64,000 bases of DNA, taken from Veleropilina oligotropha. Its lineage: Eukaryota. Both the position numbers and the translations under genes were made by a program. Positions 11,333 to 24,100 of this stretch are shown in pieces (within the stretch, counting starts at the first letter, position 1; the number at the start of each line of letters is the position of its first letter). The stretch spans positions 372,001 through 436,000 of the forward strand of contig JBEUKZ010000107.1 of assembly GCA_048128005.1 (NCBI GenBank). Direction: 5' to 3'. The notes beneath the pieces are model-generated. The model had not been told where the DNA came from. It saw only the letters and a list, made by a program, of their open reading frames with translations, and did no database searches.

Positions 11333-14300
11333 TTAAGTTAAATACAGAAATACGTAAAACAATTGTGCAGTAGTTAAACTGTTTATACTAGCCGGGAATT
11401 CATTTGGTCATTACAAAATATATTTAATAGGAATATAAATTTTCATTTCCTTGAAGTGCTATTTATTATTATCACGATAATAATAATTGAATGGCATGTC
11501 AGAGTCACTGACGCAATGCATGCAACTGATACGCTCAAAATGCAATGTCAACAACCAATCACATTTGACTCTATCCTTTAGGAGCTTGAACTGATATATT
11601 ATATCATACGTAATTAATAGTATTTTAAATGCAAACCTTTTACGGAACATATCTAAAATGGTCAGATATTTCTTGGCCGGTTTCTCGGTTGAACTTTCAG
11701 TAGTGTCCGATAGGCGTTTTCGAGACATATTTGCTGAGTTGAAATCTTCGCTTGTACCCTCAATTAAAATGTATTCACAGCGAAGTGAAATCGAAAGTAG
11801 ACTGTATATCAGATCGTGACGCAATTGTGTTCGGTTTCCGATCTGACTGAGCGGCAGTCGTATGCGTGTTATTGAGCGTGCGACCGAATTCTGATTTCAG
11901 TTGTCATGACAGCTGACAGTCAAATCGCCGCTACGGAGCAAGACGTTAACTAACTCAAAAACAAGTGTTGTCGTTTCGCAAAGACTTATAATAAATGATC
12001 ACGAATGTAATTTTAAAAGTTTTCGTTAATAACGAATTGAGTACTGCTAAATAATAATAAGTTATTGCTATGATTATATACAAAATTTGTACAGTAAAAA
12101 AATTGTTCAGATTTCAGGGGGGGCAACTGCCCCCCCCCCCCCCCCCTGTCCCTATGGTAGCTACGGCCCTGAGTTGTTCACGGTGTCTGGTGCAGAAATG
12201 AATATGATGGTGGGGCCCCATCAGTTTCCCGAAGTCATTCCTTCAATCTGGCTATCACACCTTCGGACTTATCAAAGTGTCTGACATACGCATTTTGTGA
12301 CTGATTATCTGCAAATATGCTTATTGTGCACCTTTATATTTTGTAATGTACAGTTGGATGCATTTCGTTCGTTTTAACTGGTGTGCGATCCATGAGGTTG
12401 TGCTGTTTGTCGTCAGGTGCTAGCGCCCATGATGCGACACCGTGGATGCAAGATGTGAACGTGCAATGCACAAAGTTAAAGGGAGTTTGCCCTCTTCTTC
12501 CGATAACCGCCCCAAGCGTGATAAATATATTATTCCTCAAATGATTGGGGATGAATGCGACAATTATAAGGCCCTACTGTCCGGACTAGATCTCAGGTCC
12601 TGTATATGCCAGCATGATTTCCTTTGGTGTGCTAACCCTCCTTAACGTGCCATTGTGAAAGGCAGTGAAATTTTCCGAAAATGACCTTTGTCAAATTGAC
12701 CTTTTACCCAGGGGGCCAAGACCACGTATTATATGGTAGGTGGACACCGTCTGCTGTAAAAGGATGGTGTCTATTTTTCATCAATATGGACCCCCTGGAA
12801 CACATCTAGGGTAGCAAACTTTCTGAAAAATCGACAGGGACTCTTTTTTTAAGTCATTTATGATCTTTTCCCATCTCTTGTAATTTAACCGAAAAATGAT
12901 AGGCTCTGTCTTTTTGGTGCATCAAATTGGTGAAACAATTGTGGGTTTTATGGTAAAAGTACCAAATTTGTCCGAAATGGAAGTCATGAAGGGTAGACAA
13001 AAAGTGGATATGGGCCTCCATCTGAAAATCCAATATGGCGCCCAAAAATCCAAGATGACCGTCCAAAACATAAAAAATGGTATATATTAATATTTTAATA
13101 TATTTGTTAACAATAATGTACAGTTATTAATTTTTTGCTCTTAAAATAAGGTTCAGTCTACACTACCAACTCTGTAAGCTTTTATCCAAACAAAAAATCC
13201 AACATGGCTGCCAAAAAATCTAAAGGAATACCGGAATACATGAAAATGGTGCATTGCATCATATTGGTATACGGTATTTAACTATGTGTTAACAATAATG
13301 GACGGTTATTTACGTTTTTGCTCATAAAATAGGCTTAGTCTACACTATTAATTTTGCAAAATGGCTGCCAAAAATCAAAATGGCTGCCAAAATACATGAA
13401 AATGGTGCATTTCACCAACTTGCTTCGCAGTAAAGTACATTTGTTTAGACTAAAAATTGAGATATTTAGCTTCGTTCCAAACCAAACGTCAGAAACTATT
13501 TTGTTTTGATAGATACGATCACAAACCAAGTCTCAATTCCAGTCAGAGAAAGGCCAGAACATTGGGAACAAAGCAGGCGCATCCATTTTCAGGTTATATG
13601 GTACCTCCAACCAAATAGTACTTTAAACGCATTGCAAAAGTTTAATTACTGCTCTTTCTACAATATTATCTCTTAAGTCTAATGCATGCAAGGGCATATT
13701 TCCCACAACTTTAAGAGAGTAATATCCCCCCCCCCCCAATTTCGACTCGGCCGTTCGAAAAATGATAAATGCTATGACAATCAGGCACATGTATATACCC
13801 TCTTCCGCATTTCGAGACTGCTATACGGTTAGTGACTGGATTTCTTATTAGAACCATGGTCATGAGATCTACATTGTGGTACTGTTCCTTTGTGACTGTA
13901 GGCCGCATTTCAGAAAGACTGTTGTATGACCAAATATAATGTTGAAGAAAGACGGGCACGCACATTATAGTACATGTATGCTATTTCAGATTCAAACTGG
14001 AACTGCAGCCCAAAATGGCGACTTGTAGCGATATGACCGAGGTACGACCAGTCGGCAATGTTTGCTACAATCTATATTATGCAGTTACGTACTGCAATTG
14101 CTCTTAGGTGGTATATAATCATACGATTGGTGGTATCCGTGATTTTTCGATTGTCAACTACTGGAGAAGATCCATCGCAGGTAGTCTTGCGACTTGTGGT
14201 GACGATCAGAGACCCGATCAGATCAGGTTCGCGATCGTGCGTCGGAATCAGTAGTCACCCAGCGCTCAGGAAGTGCATTCGTCGAACTTCTCAACTTCGT

Positions 14301-14399
14301 AATACGCTATGACGCCCAAGAATGGGAAGGACCATGGATGAGGACCCAGAGCCAGAATCCGATGTCGTTGAGGTTTTGGCTGAAATTCACCCGGTACCG

Positions 14400-15100
14400 G
14401 TCACATAGGATAACTCCGCCCGGGACATGCCAGCCAAACCGCATGATAGGTGACGACTCAGCAGGTTATGAAGCGGCGTCCAAGAGAAAAAATTAAGGTG
14501 ACAGAGCTTGAGCTAACAGTAGAGAAAACTTTAATTGAATGGTTCATCGACCACCCCATGTTTTGCGGCATGAGCGACGCCAGTTTTAAAAAACTGACAG
14601 AGAAAAAGTCTGCCCCCTGGTCAAGGAGGGAAACATGGGCGATAATTACCTTTAGAAGCCTATTTCATTTGTCAACCAATATGGGGCATCCGGAAGGAGT
14701 AAACTGTGGTAGCTGTTCACAGTGGTCATAAAACGTAAGGTGATGGCCAGCGTGAGCACTGGTTCGAGAGCACGTTGGTAGTCGGTGTTCCGCCTGTGAG
14801 TCTGGACTTCACTCGGAAGCACTTCGTGGAACATGCGCGGTTCCATGAGCATGCATGTCTTTGGTGAAAACGCACTGTGACTCTCTTTTCATTTAACTCA
14901 TCAGATTGATGTAGTTGTCGTATATAAGGATCGCCTTTCAACCCATGGACCCAATATTGGTGCCTTCTTTCTTTGAGATGGTTTCTTCGTCGGAGAAGTA
15001 CGACTGTGACCACGGCACCCAAATGTTGATGTTGCCCCATCTACAGCTGGGCCAACATAAGCCCACAGGGCTGTTATCTCTTCGGGAGACGTATTGCAGA
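14400..15100. mobile_element. PIF/Harbinger transposon remnant
   Basis: Minus-strand ALEPVLTLAITLRFMTTVNSYHSL resembles the Harbinger transposase LAITLRFLATG.SY motif. Plus-strand EKTLIEWFIDHPMF resembles a MADF/Myb-like N-terminus. Convergent two-gene layout; ends not resolved. Confidence 0.55.
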
Positions 15101-15559
15101 GTGCCATGAACCCAAGAATCCGCTCCAAATAGGTTGATCTCGGGAAATTAGCGGTACCACTAATAGAAAGGTTGTGCAACCAATCGAGAAAGGTCGTACG
15201 ACAGGTGACCACCAATCTTTCAGTGGCATGTACATTTTCACGACCAATCGTGACATGGCTTCACCCGCGATCATGGATGACTGGTGGTGCGACCATTTGC
15301 GACTGGTAGACAGTGATGGTACGACCATATGAGACCTGTCTGTGACCTCTTAAGATTTGGAATCGCAGGTCAGAAGTTTTGAACATGATTATCGGCCTTG
15401 CCGCGACTGATTTTGTTCTGGCGATCACCTGCGACCAGTAGTGCTCTTTCTACAATTTGCCCACGATTCCAACATTTTTCGGTTGCAAATGGGGCTTTAC
15501 GCCTGATGTCTCAGCCAATTAAAGAGCCAATCACTTTTATTGTTATATATCTTTAATGC

Positions 15560-16387
15560 TTCACATGGCCATGTGAAGTGTGTGCAAGGGGGTAGCCGCC
15601 AACTCGATAAAGGTACGACATGCGGAAAGTGGGTCCCCAATAGGTGTAGTGGAGTGACAAGCAACCTGCAAGCAGCGAGTGCGACGTTCCTGTGCAGAAG
15701 AAGTAGGGGAAACGTTAAACTGGTGGAGGATGCTGAGGAAGGGAGGGAATGATGGTGCTGTGAATGAGGTGATGGGCCGGTTTTGTTACATGGACGACAT
15801 AATGAGTGTGTGTGTGGGGGGGGGGGGGCGCAGCGGTGACGGCAAGAGTTGGGTTGGAAGAGGTTAAGAGAGTTGGCACCATTCCTAAACATCCAATGCG
15901 GCACCCCTGAAGATGAAGGGTCAACAATACACGGCATGTGTAAGATGTTGCTTGCTCTACGGTTGCGAGCCATGGGTCAGGGGGGGGGGGGAGATCATGA
16001 CACTAAATTGGGCAGAACGGAGATGAGCATCATCAGGTGGATGTGTGGGGTGTGTTGGATGTACAGAACGAGTGACGTGTTGAGAAGACGGCTGGGGTGT
16101 GTATATGCGTTTGGTGAGGTTGTGAGGAGGAGCAGACAAAGATGGTTTCGACATGTAGAGCGGAAGGACGACGCCGACTGGGTGAAGGGCTGCACCAGGT
16201 TCGTCATGGATGGGCGAGCAACTGCCGGTAGACCAAGGAAAACCCGTGCCCATCGACATGCGACAGATGGGAGTTATCCAGGGTGATACCCAGAACAGAG
16301 TCAGATGTAGAGGAGCAATACGAAGGACAAGGGCGCACACAGGGGTGCCTGGACACTCTCCATATTCTCCGACATGATGATGATGAC
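15560..16387 (+). mobile_element. RTE-clade LINE 3' fragment
   Basis: RTEMSIIRWMCGV, RSRQRWFRHVER and GRPRKT are typical RTE C-terminal motifs; (ATG/TGA)n tail at ~16374-16386. Confidence 0.75.
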
Positions 16388-18061
16388 TTTAAATAATCTC
16401 AATCATGTTTAGTTTACACAAGGATAATCAGGCAGTACTGGTATGTTTATCACAGATCAAAGAAGATGTACTATTAACTTATGAAAACTGAACAGGTCAC
16501 CGTATTCGATATATTAACATTCAGATCAACGGATTCGGTATATTGACCTGCCAATTAATCAACACACATGACTAATACCATGCGATCGCCTTTTGTTCAA
16601 TGGGAGTGAACAGAAATACGCAGTCCTGTCAATATGTATTGGTGTGATCAATTTTGATTTAATAATGTATGCTCTGAATACTGTTATTATTCAATATAGT
16701 CAATTAAGTGTGTATGTAATTATTTTATATTATTTATTGAAATGCAATGCTTCATTTGATAATTATATGTGTCCTTGATAATAATAAGTATGATGCCCAT
16801 AATCAGCATTGTTAATAACGTGTTTAATGAAATTATCCTATTATTGCTAGTACACGCCCGTTTGACTGGTGCCATTTCCATTGCTGAGATATAATAATAA
16901 ACCATTCTTTTATATAAAATAGTCTCTGTGGATTTTCCAGAAATCTGGCCACCCTATAATTATTTCACGCCGTCACGGGGGTATAGAAATGAAACAATGA
17001 CACCGGCCTTTTACAGTAGACGGTGTCCACCTATCCCCCTTGCCCCCCCCCGGGTATTGCTGTAATGACCGTTAAATAACAAAGACTTTGTCCGGCCTAT
17101 ATCTCAGATCCTATAAATGCCAGCATGATTTCCTGTCATCTATTTATTATTCACCCCTTATGTACATGACATTGTGCAAGGTGGCGAAATTTTCCAAAAA
17201 TGACCTTTCACCTTGCCGTAATGATCTTTAATTTGATCCCCACATCGTGTTCGGGCTTGTTCTTCTAGATTTCAAATCGTATCCATCCTTCTGATTTATT
17301 TGTAACTCATGCCTGGCTCACATTTCAAGCATGTGCAGAACGATAATATTTTGTGTTCTCTTGTTGATTTTCAATAGGCTGCGACTTTTGGAACTTCCTG
17401 AGGGTCTGAGTGTGGAATGATTCCTCGCAAACGGGGAGACCTATGTTTTTGTTCACACAAAAACACATCCTATAAACGGACCGAGGGATAATGTGGATAG
17501 AATATGTCCCGATAAGATCATGTAAGATGTTAAACTGTGGTATTAAGCATCGACTCAAACTAAACATATATAAAAAACACTATATGAGCCTAAACATGAA
17601 GGTGAATTCAGCCCTAAAGTTTAATGAGTTTATGTCTGGAATATTTGTAACTATATACAAATATTTGGGGTCATCCATGGCAGAGGCGTAATGTGTTAAA
17701 CAGGGTTCGATTTATCAACGGGCCTCATTGTACACTTAAGATTCACAGTTATCCATAACCGACACTGAAATGCACATTCAATTATTTACTCAACATTTGT
17801 GCACGTATAATATATTACTCATAGTGATTCAATAGAATTAAACTTTATTTACAATAAATAACCTAGTGATAATGCTATGCATTAATTATATAATAGTAGA
17901 CTATTAAAACGCTATTGCGTTCGCTTGTTAATTTGAGAAAAAAATCATATGTTCGATTTAGAATAATAAATAATTACGTGTGTGTGCTATAATCTTGTTA
18001 GTCATTTTCTTTCCAAACATCGCCTACTTATTTTTATCACGAAACAAACAATCTACTAAGT

Positions 18062-18102
18062 GCGCGAAATCCCCGTTAGCGGCGCGCACATCCGTGACGT
18101 CA
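18062..18102 (+). promoter_or_regulatory. Putative HDAC1 proximal promoter elements: E2F-like site and CRE palindrome
   Basis: GCGCGAAA (reverse complement of TTTCGCGC) at 18062-18069 and TGACGTCA at 18095-18102, in a CpG-rich patch 47-87 bp upstream of the ATG. Motif match only. Confidence 0.5.
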
Positions 18103-18148
18103 TCGGCACAGGTCTCTCAGATCTTGGCGACATTCGGACAGACAAAAA

Positions 18149-18197
18149 ATGACAACTCAACCACATTACAAGAAAAGAGTTTGCTATTATTACGATG
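18149..18197 (+). CDS. HDAC1: HDAC1 exon 1 ([16 protein letters not shown])
   Basis: ATG at 18149; donor G|GTAAGT; phase 1. Confidence 0.93.
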
Positions 18198-21100
18198 GTA
18201 AGTTACATAATTAAGGAACTGAGATTTTCCCAAGTTAGCTTACATGTTTTGTATTTTAGAATGTATTGCTGAAAAGAGATTTTACTTTTGGTTTGGCCCG
18301 ATCATGCCGCAACCGTGCAGTTCTTGGCCGTTGAAGGTGCGAACAAAGCAATTTTGTTACAATTAAATCATTTTCCCACAAACATTTAAACAAATGGTAT
18401 GTTATCATTAACATGCTTCGTATATAATTACCGCATTGGATTTACTCATGACCGTCCAGAAACCGTATTTTCAAACTTTGCATTCTGCCGCTATGTTAAC
18501 CCATTGCAAATCTACTGCAGCACAGAAAACCGATTTCTGAAGCACGCACATTGCGAAGTTTATATTATGATGTATAACGTGATAGTTACATGATATAATG
18601 GTATTTTCCCGTTTTGCTTTTATTTTCTATAATCATTAAAATGTAACAAGCAGCCTATTTGTGAAAATGGGACGAAATATAATAATTATGTATGTTTAAT
18701 CAAAGCTAGGAACTTAACACTTTTGTAGCTGGCTACTGGCAGGAAAATCTTTTATAATTGGTGTATAAATCATTTCTATTGCATGGCCAACTTTAGCATT
18801 ATTCAAAACTAAAGTTATTTGCATCATAAATTGTACATAAAACAATTGTTTTAAAGTGACTATTGCCCGTAAATGCGCTCTTTTCGTGACTGTGTAGCAT
18901 GACTGATCAGCCTCTATCGCACGGTTCACGCTGACTGAAACCAATTTCACGAAGATGTGATCGATATATGATCAAATGATAGATTATTATTGTAACTGGG
19001 CGATATATATTATTGTCAAATAGAAATCGATCTTACTTAAACGAGCAGAAACCTACGCAACTTTAATCTAACTAGTTCAATTGGAAATGTCACTCCGTGC
19101 GAGGTAATTGAAAGCAAAGTGAACCGCTTTTAATTATTTATACATCTTCAGTAGTGATTAATTTAAACAGTAGCATACTAAGCAAATTACTGACAAAAGT
19201 TTAGTGCTGAAAATTCCGAACTTTTTACGTTATAAACAAAAGGTGTAATACGGTTAGCTTTCTTTTCAAAGAAAAATGAGGACATTTACAGGCAATAGTC
19301 CAAGTCCTTTCCTCTCAAAATGTTTAATTGCCCTTAAAACGTGAAATACTGAATTTTCAATTCAATATAAAGTCATATTTTCATGAATTTGCAAAAATAT
19401 CTGTTTTTAGACTTGTTACATTCTTGAAACAGCCTAATTCAGAGTTTATGAATTTTTTTTATTGTGACTAACATCCGACCAGCCTCGGTCGTCAACAATT
19501 TGTTAATTTTTGTTTTTGATTGTATATGGTTTGTTCAAGGACTATTTGGCATATGCATTATAATATATATTGTTGAATAGATTGTCCATGGTCCTAAAGG
19601 ATTGATAAGGTAATCCTTTATAATATTACGATTATGGTGATATTTGTATCTATTTTAGGGGACATCGGCAACTATTACTATGGTCAGGGCCACCCCATGA
19701 AGCCCCACAGGATACGCATGACTCACAACCTCATCCTGAACTATGGGCTATACCGCAAGATGGAAATATATGTAAGTTAGTGTAATATTTACCTACATGC
19801 TTGTTTTTTTATGTACTTTTTATTATCATAATTATTAATTAATATGTGACCATAAGAAGACAGTTTAATAAAAGTTTAAGAAACGAACATTTAGACATGT
19901 ACGTGTAGTACCTTGTGTTAATTTCCATATGAATTTAAAATCTATATATTTCATGTTCGACCTATTTGCCTCCCCTGTTCCTGTTGGCATCCACCTAGAA
20001 AATGTAAAATAGCACTCTGTTAAAAAATTGTTGGCTATACACTGAACCAAATTATAAACTTGACACTCGTTACATGTTGGCTAATTTGCAAAAATGACAG
20101 AAGAATGTGTGGAGTTTGGCATTATTGCATTCTTGACATCACAATGAAGACGTTATAAGATATCAGGTCCACAGTCTGACCATTGTGACCGGAGCATTCG
20201 TCCAAACGTGCAAGAGCGAAAATGGTAATTCACAACCCGTGGTTTTTGGTCAAAGCATAATGTCAATAACCCGTCTGCCCAGCTCATCCCAGACGTGTTC
20301 GATGGGATTCAGGTCGGGAGACATTGAGGGCCACTCCATGACATCGATGGTCGCATTCCTGAGGAATTCCCTTGTCATGTTGGCTGTATGAGGTCTGGCG
20401 TTGTCGTGCTGAAGCATCAGACCAGGGCCATGAGCTGCCATGAAGGGTTGAAGCTCCGGAGCTAGCACTTGGTCGCGGTAACCAGCAGCATTAAGGTTTC
20501 CCTGGATAACAAGAAGTCGTGATCGGGCATTGCCACAAAAAGCACCCCAAACCATAACAGTTCCACCTTCGAATCTGTCGACTTCCTGAACACAACAATG
20601 GGTGTAACGTTCACCATGTCTCCTCCATATTTTGACCCTGCCGTCGGCGAATCGTAGTGCGAATCTGGATTCATCACTAAAAACAATGGTATTTCATTGC
20701 CTCAGAGTCCATCGCGGGTGACGTTGTGCCCACAGCAGCCGTTGACGTCTGTGTAATGGTGTTAAAATGGGTCCACGATATGGCCGCCGGGCGTGGAGAT
20801 TAGCGGCTCTGAGGCGATTTCTTATGGTTTGGGCAGACACCCGACCTCTGAACAGTTTAGTTCTGGTGGAAGTTGCTGTCACGAATCTGTTGCAGAGGTG
20901 ACGTAACACCAGATGACGGTTGTCTGCTTGTGACGTCACACGCGGTCTACCCGGTCGGGGGTGGTCAGCTGTGGTGCCCGTTTGTTGCAGTCGTGTCTGC
21001 AGAGGATGAATTGTCTGTCGACTGCATCTCCCTCGCTACGCCAGCTACGGACGTTCCCGCGTGCAACATGCCAACGGCACGTTCCCGTTGCACATTTGAA

Positions 21101-24100
21101 AGTCGTGGCATTGGAATTCACAGCGTCAAATGGCTAGTCAATGTGTTTTTCTGTTTTGTTACACTACTGTGTGTCTGTAAGCACGAAGTCCCGTGTCTAA
21201 TGTGGTCACATGACAAGTGGCACGTGCAAAGCCAGTGTTGGGCCAACGACACTTTGTATGTGCTACGGATCGGGTCACGTGAGATTTGGTGAGCGACAAG
21301 TCGTCTTCTACATTGTCTTTAACGTATATATATAGTTACAAACATACTTACGTCCTTACTCTTGCCATAATAGTAATATTATTGCCAACCGGAAACAGTG
21401 AATAAGTCACGTTATGCACTATTAATAAGTCAAAGACGCAAAAACGTACCACGGTTACCTCCCCTGCTCCACCTCCACCACGTTCCCCCGCGAGACCTCG
21501 CCAAGTCTCGCGAGACTTCTGAACCATAGAAGTCACATGACATCAATTCAAAGTTTTCCGCTGCCGCGGAAAGACGTTGTTTTGCTCCGCAAATATTTCG
21601 AAATAGGCGCCCGATTTCACGTTAAATCAGGACGCAATATATACTTATATGATATAAGTAGTGGAATATAACCCTGTGTTGTGGATACAAGACACAAGTG
21701 AATATAAGAAGATTGTGATTCTCAAAACTTCGAGGAGTTCTGGACATCAAGTAACCGACAGCGTCGCCGTTGCTAAGGAAAAAAGCATGGCCGCTTAGAG
21801 GGAAGTTTCGTGTGTAGCTGAAATTTCTGGTCGGTATATTTATCTGATATTGTTTGAGACTGCAAACAGGTAACTCATTATATTGGATAATTCCTTAACG
21901 ACGCTATTTGCTGGTTATTATTGTATAAAATTTCTAGCGTCGTTAATAGGCAGGACTGTTCTGATATTCCTTTAAGTTATTCTGATATCCTGCCGTTTCT
22001 GGGATAATACACCATTGTACTAACATAAAAACATCCACGAGGTCTTTTCAGGTGTTTTTCTGGGCGGTTTTTTCTAAGAGAAAACCCCCGTTTGTTCTAG
22101 TCAATTACCCGGGTTTTTTACCGGGTCGTGTCGGGTAAATACCCGACCTCGGTGTTCCCAGTGCGGGGTTTTTTGCGCTTTGCGGTATATCGCTTGATCT
22201 TTGATCTTCAGATCAGGGCAATTCTAGGAGTTGTCGTAGTATAGTCACAACTACCATATATATACCTATTTCACTACCCCGTATACCCACTCCTATCCTC
22301 CCGTGTATACCCTCTGGTCCGGTGCAGTAGCTCCGGGTGTAACCAGAAAATTCACGGGTTTTGATACGCACACGGAATGCCGTATTCACCGTAGTTGTAG
22401 TAAAATTAAACTTCAGTGTGATTTGTGCCTTGTTTTTACAGACAAGCAGTGGGCGGTTCTATCCCAACCGGGTAAGTCGACCAGGGCGACTGCCACGGTG
22501 GGCCCTCCTCGGGAAAGGGGCAGGAAAAGGGGTTGTTTGCAGACAGTAAGTTAAGGGATAATTCTTCTTTGTCTACTTCAGGGACGCTGGACGACAGCCG
22601 ACGTAAAGCACCGTCTGTCGCCGGGTCTACCGGCGATACCTCCGCGACTCTCGGGGGAGTCACCGAACCCTTGCCGGGACCCCAGATTCAGGTAAAGGCC
22701 CGAGTGCCGACCGTTCCGCCTCAACCGGGCCTAGTAACTGCAGTCAGCCATACCTTGCCGGCTAGCAAGGTATACATGACAGCGCAGCGAACAGCTGTAC
22801 AGGGCAGACCATCCCCATCCTTTTCTTCGGCCTCGAAGAATAAAGGGGACAGTTAGTCCTTCTGCGGTACACTCTCCGTCTAGCGACGGTGAAAGAACCA
22901 ATGCAGAGAAAGCCTTTAAAGAGGCCGAGCACCTACTTGTAGGTCGAAGACTCGGACAATCGGCGAAACCTGAATCCTCGCTCGAGACCGACGCGACTTC
23001 CCCTAGGGGTTTTCCGCTCAACCTCGAGGCTCACGAGACGTTCAGAGGGCCCGGTCTCTCCCGTGCACCCTACGTGGTCACGCTAGAGGACGTGGACAGA
23101 CCGGCTGCGTTCGGGACGGGGTTCTACGGCGGTTTTCCGTCCGTGCCTCGCTCGAACAGAGTGGTAGACCGATCAGAACTGTTGCCGCAGTCCTATCGGT
23201 CGTCCGGCCCACTGACTGCGCCTCCGGGCCAGTCCTTCGGGTTCGACCCCTCGACAAGTGCCCGTGGACCCTGGTCCTCGGTACCACCTGTCCGTGCAGC
23301 CCGTCTACCTAGCGCCACGGTGACTTCGACCGAACTACCGGCTGTTAGTTCGACGCCCGTCATGCCTCCGGGTTTCTCTTTAGAGAACGTCCAGGCTATG
23401 TTCGCGGCGGAGTTCGAGTCCCGATGTCGGGCCTGGCAACCGGCTTCCTAGCCGCTCCAGGTACCTACACCTCTGCCTGTGGCGCAGAGCACGGCTCCTG
23501 CCTCCGTGGTGGGGATCGAACCTCGTTCCGACGAGGACCTCGACTCCACTCACTCCGACCTCCCTGTATCGGTCGGGCCCGAAGACGCTGGTAGTCTTCC
23601 AGGCACGCAGGAGCCGACCTCCACCACCCGCCGAACTCGACGCTGTTGCGTCACTTCGCGGGGTGCTTGACCTGCCGGAACCGACTCGGTCGTATGTAGG
23701 CCCGGTCAAGCACAGGACGGCGGCGCATCGGTTTGTTGAGAAGGAAGCCCCCTTGCTTCCTTCCTTACCTCAGTCCGGGCTGGTTGATCGGGTGTTGACT
23801 CGACAACCAAGCTCAGTCGGGGGCGCAATCCGGTGGAGTCCTCCCCACTGACCGAGTACCCTTCGGGGTTCCGTAGTGGGAGGTACCTCCGGGCCAGTTC
23901 GCGTTCGATCCCGTTCGCATGTACTGGTCCGTGCCTGGCGACTGAGCCGGTTCGTGTTGACGCAGCGTTGCGTTGACTGACCGCCAGTCACACTCCCTCT
24001 GTAGCGAGAGTTCCTGGGTTCGCCTTGGAAGCTTTCGAGAGCTCCGCCCGATGGGCTCTGCGGCCGTCGTCCGTTCAGGATTTTTCCTAGACGGGACGAT

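Larger units (their letters stand above)
7265..11728 (-). pseudogene. Spliced hAT transposase pseudogene (exon 1 11728-11637; exon 2 9737-7265)
   Basis: Exon 1 (MSRKRLS...DMFRK, AG|GTTTGC) joins in phase to TTTTCAG|C at 9737. Motifs: TTF-like WLRYS..FCMSC, MADETEDCS, GYDGASVMSG, HCRSH, ATRW, and hAT dimerisation SCERSFSALRRLK..RSTM. Lesions: 13-bp duplication at 9473-9497, frameshift near 9070-9090, in-frame TAA at 8393-8395. Confidence 0.85.
6601..12171 (-). mobile_element. hAT DNA transposon (TTF zinc-finger/DUF4371 type), full length but decayed
   Basis: Perfect 14-bp TIR CAGGGCCGTAGCTA (6601-6614) / TAGCTACGGCCCTG (12158-12171). AGTTG flanks both ends. Transposase remnants lie inside. 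Confidence 0.9.

Noticed and set aside
14878..14905. Minus-strand CTGATGAG...GAAA, a possible hammerhead ribozyme core
   Set aside because: No stem II closing pair or flanking helices could be built, and it lies within Harbinger coding remnants.
21348..21536. 62-aa ORF duplicated at 28524-28712
   Set aside because: A by-product of the DIRS inverted terminal repeats; GTG start and no recognisable domain.
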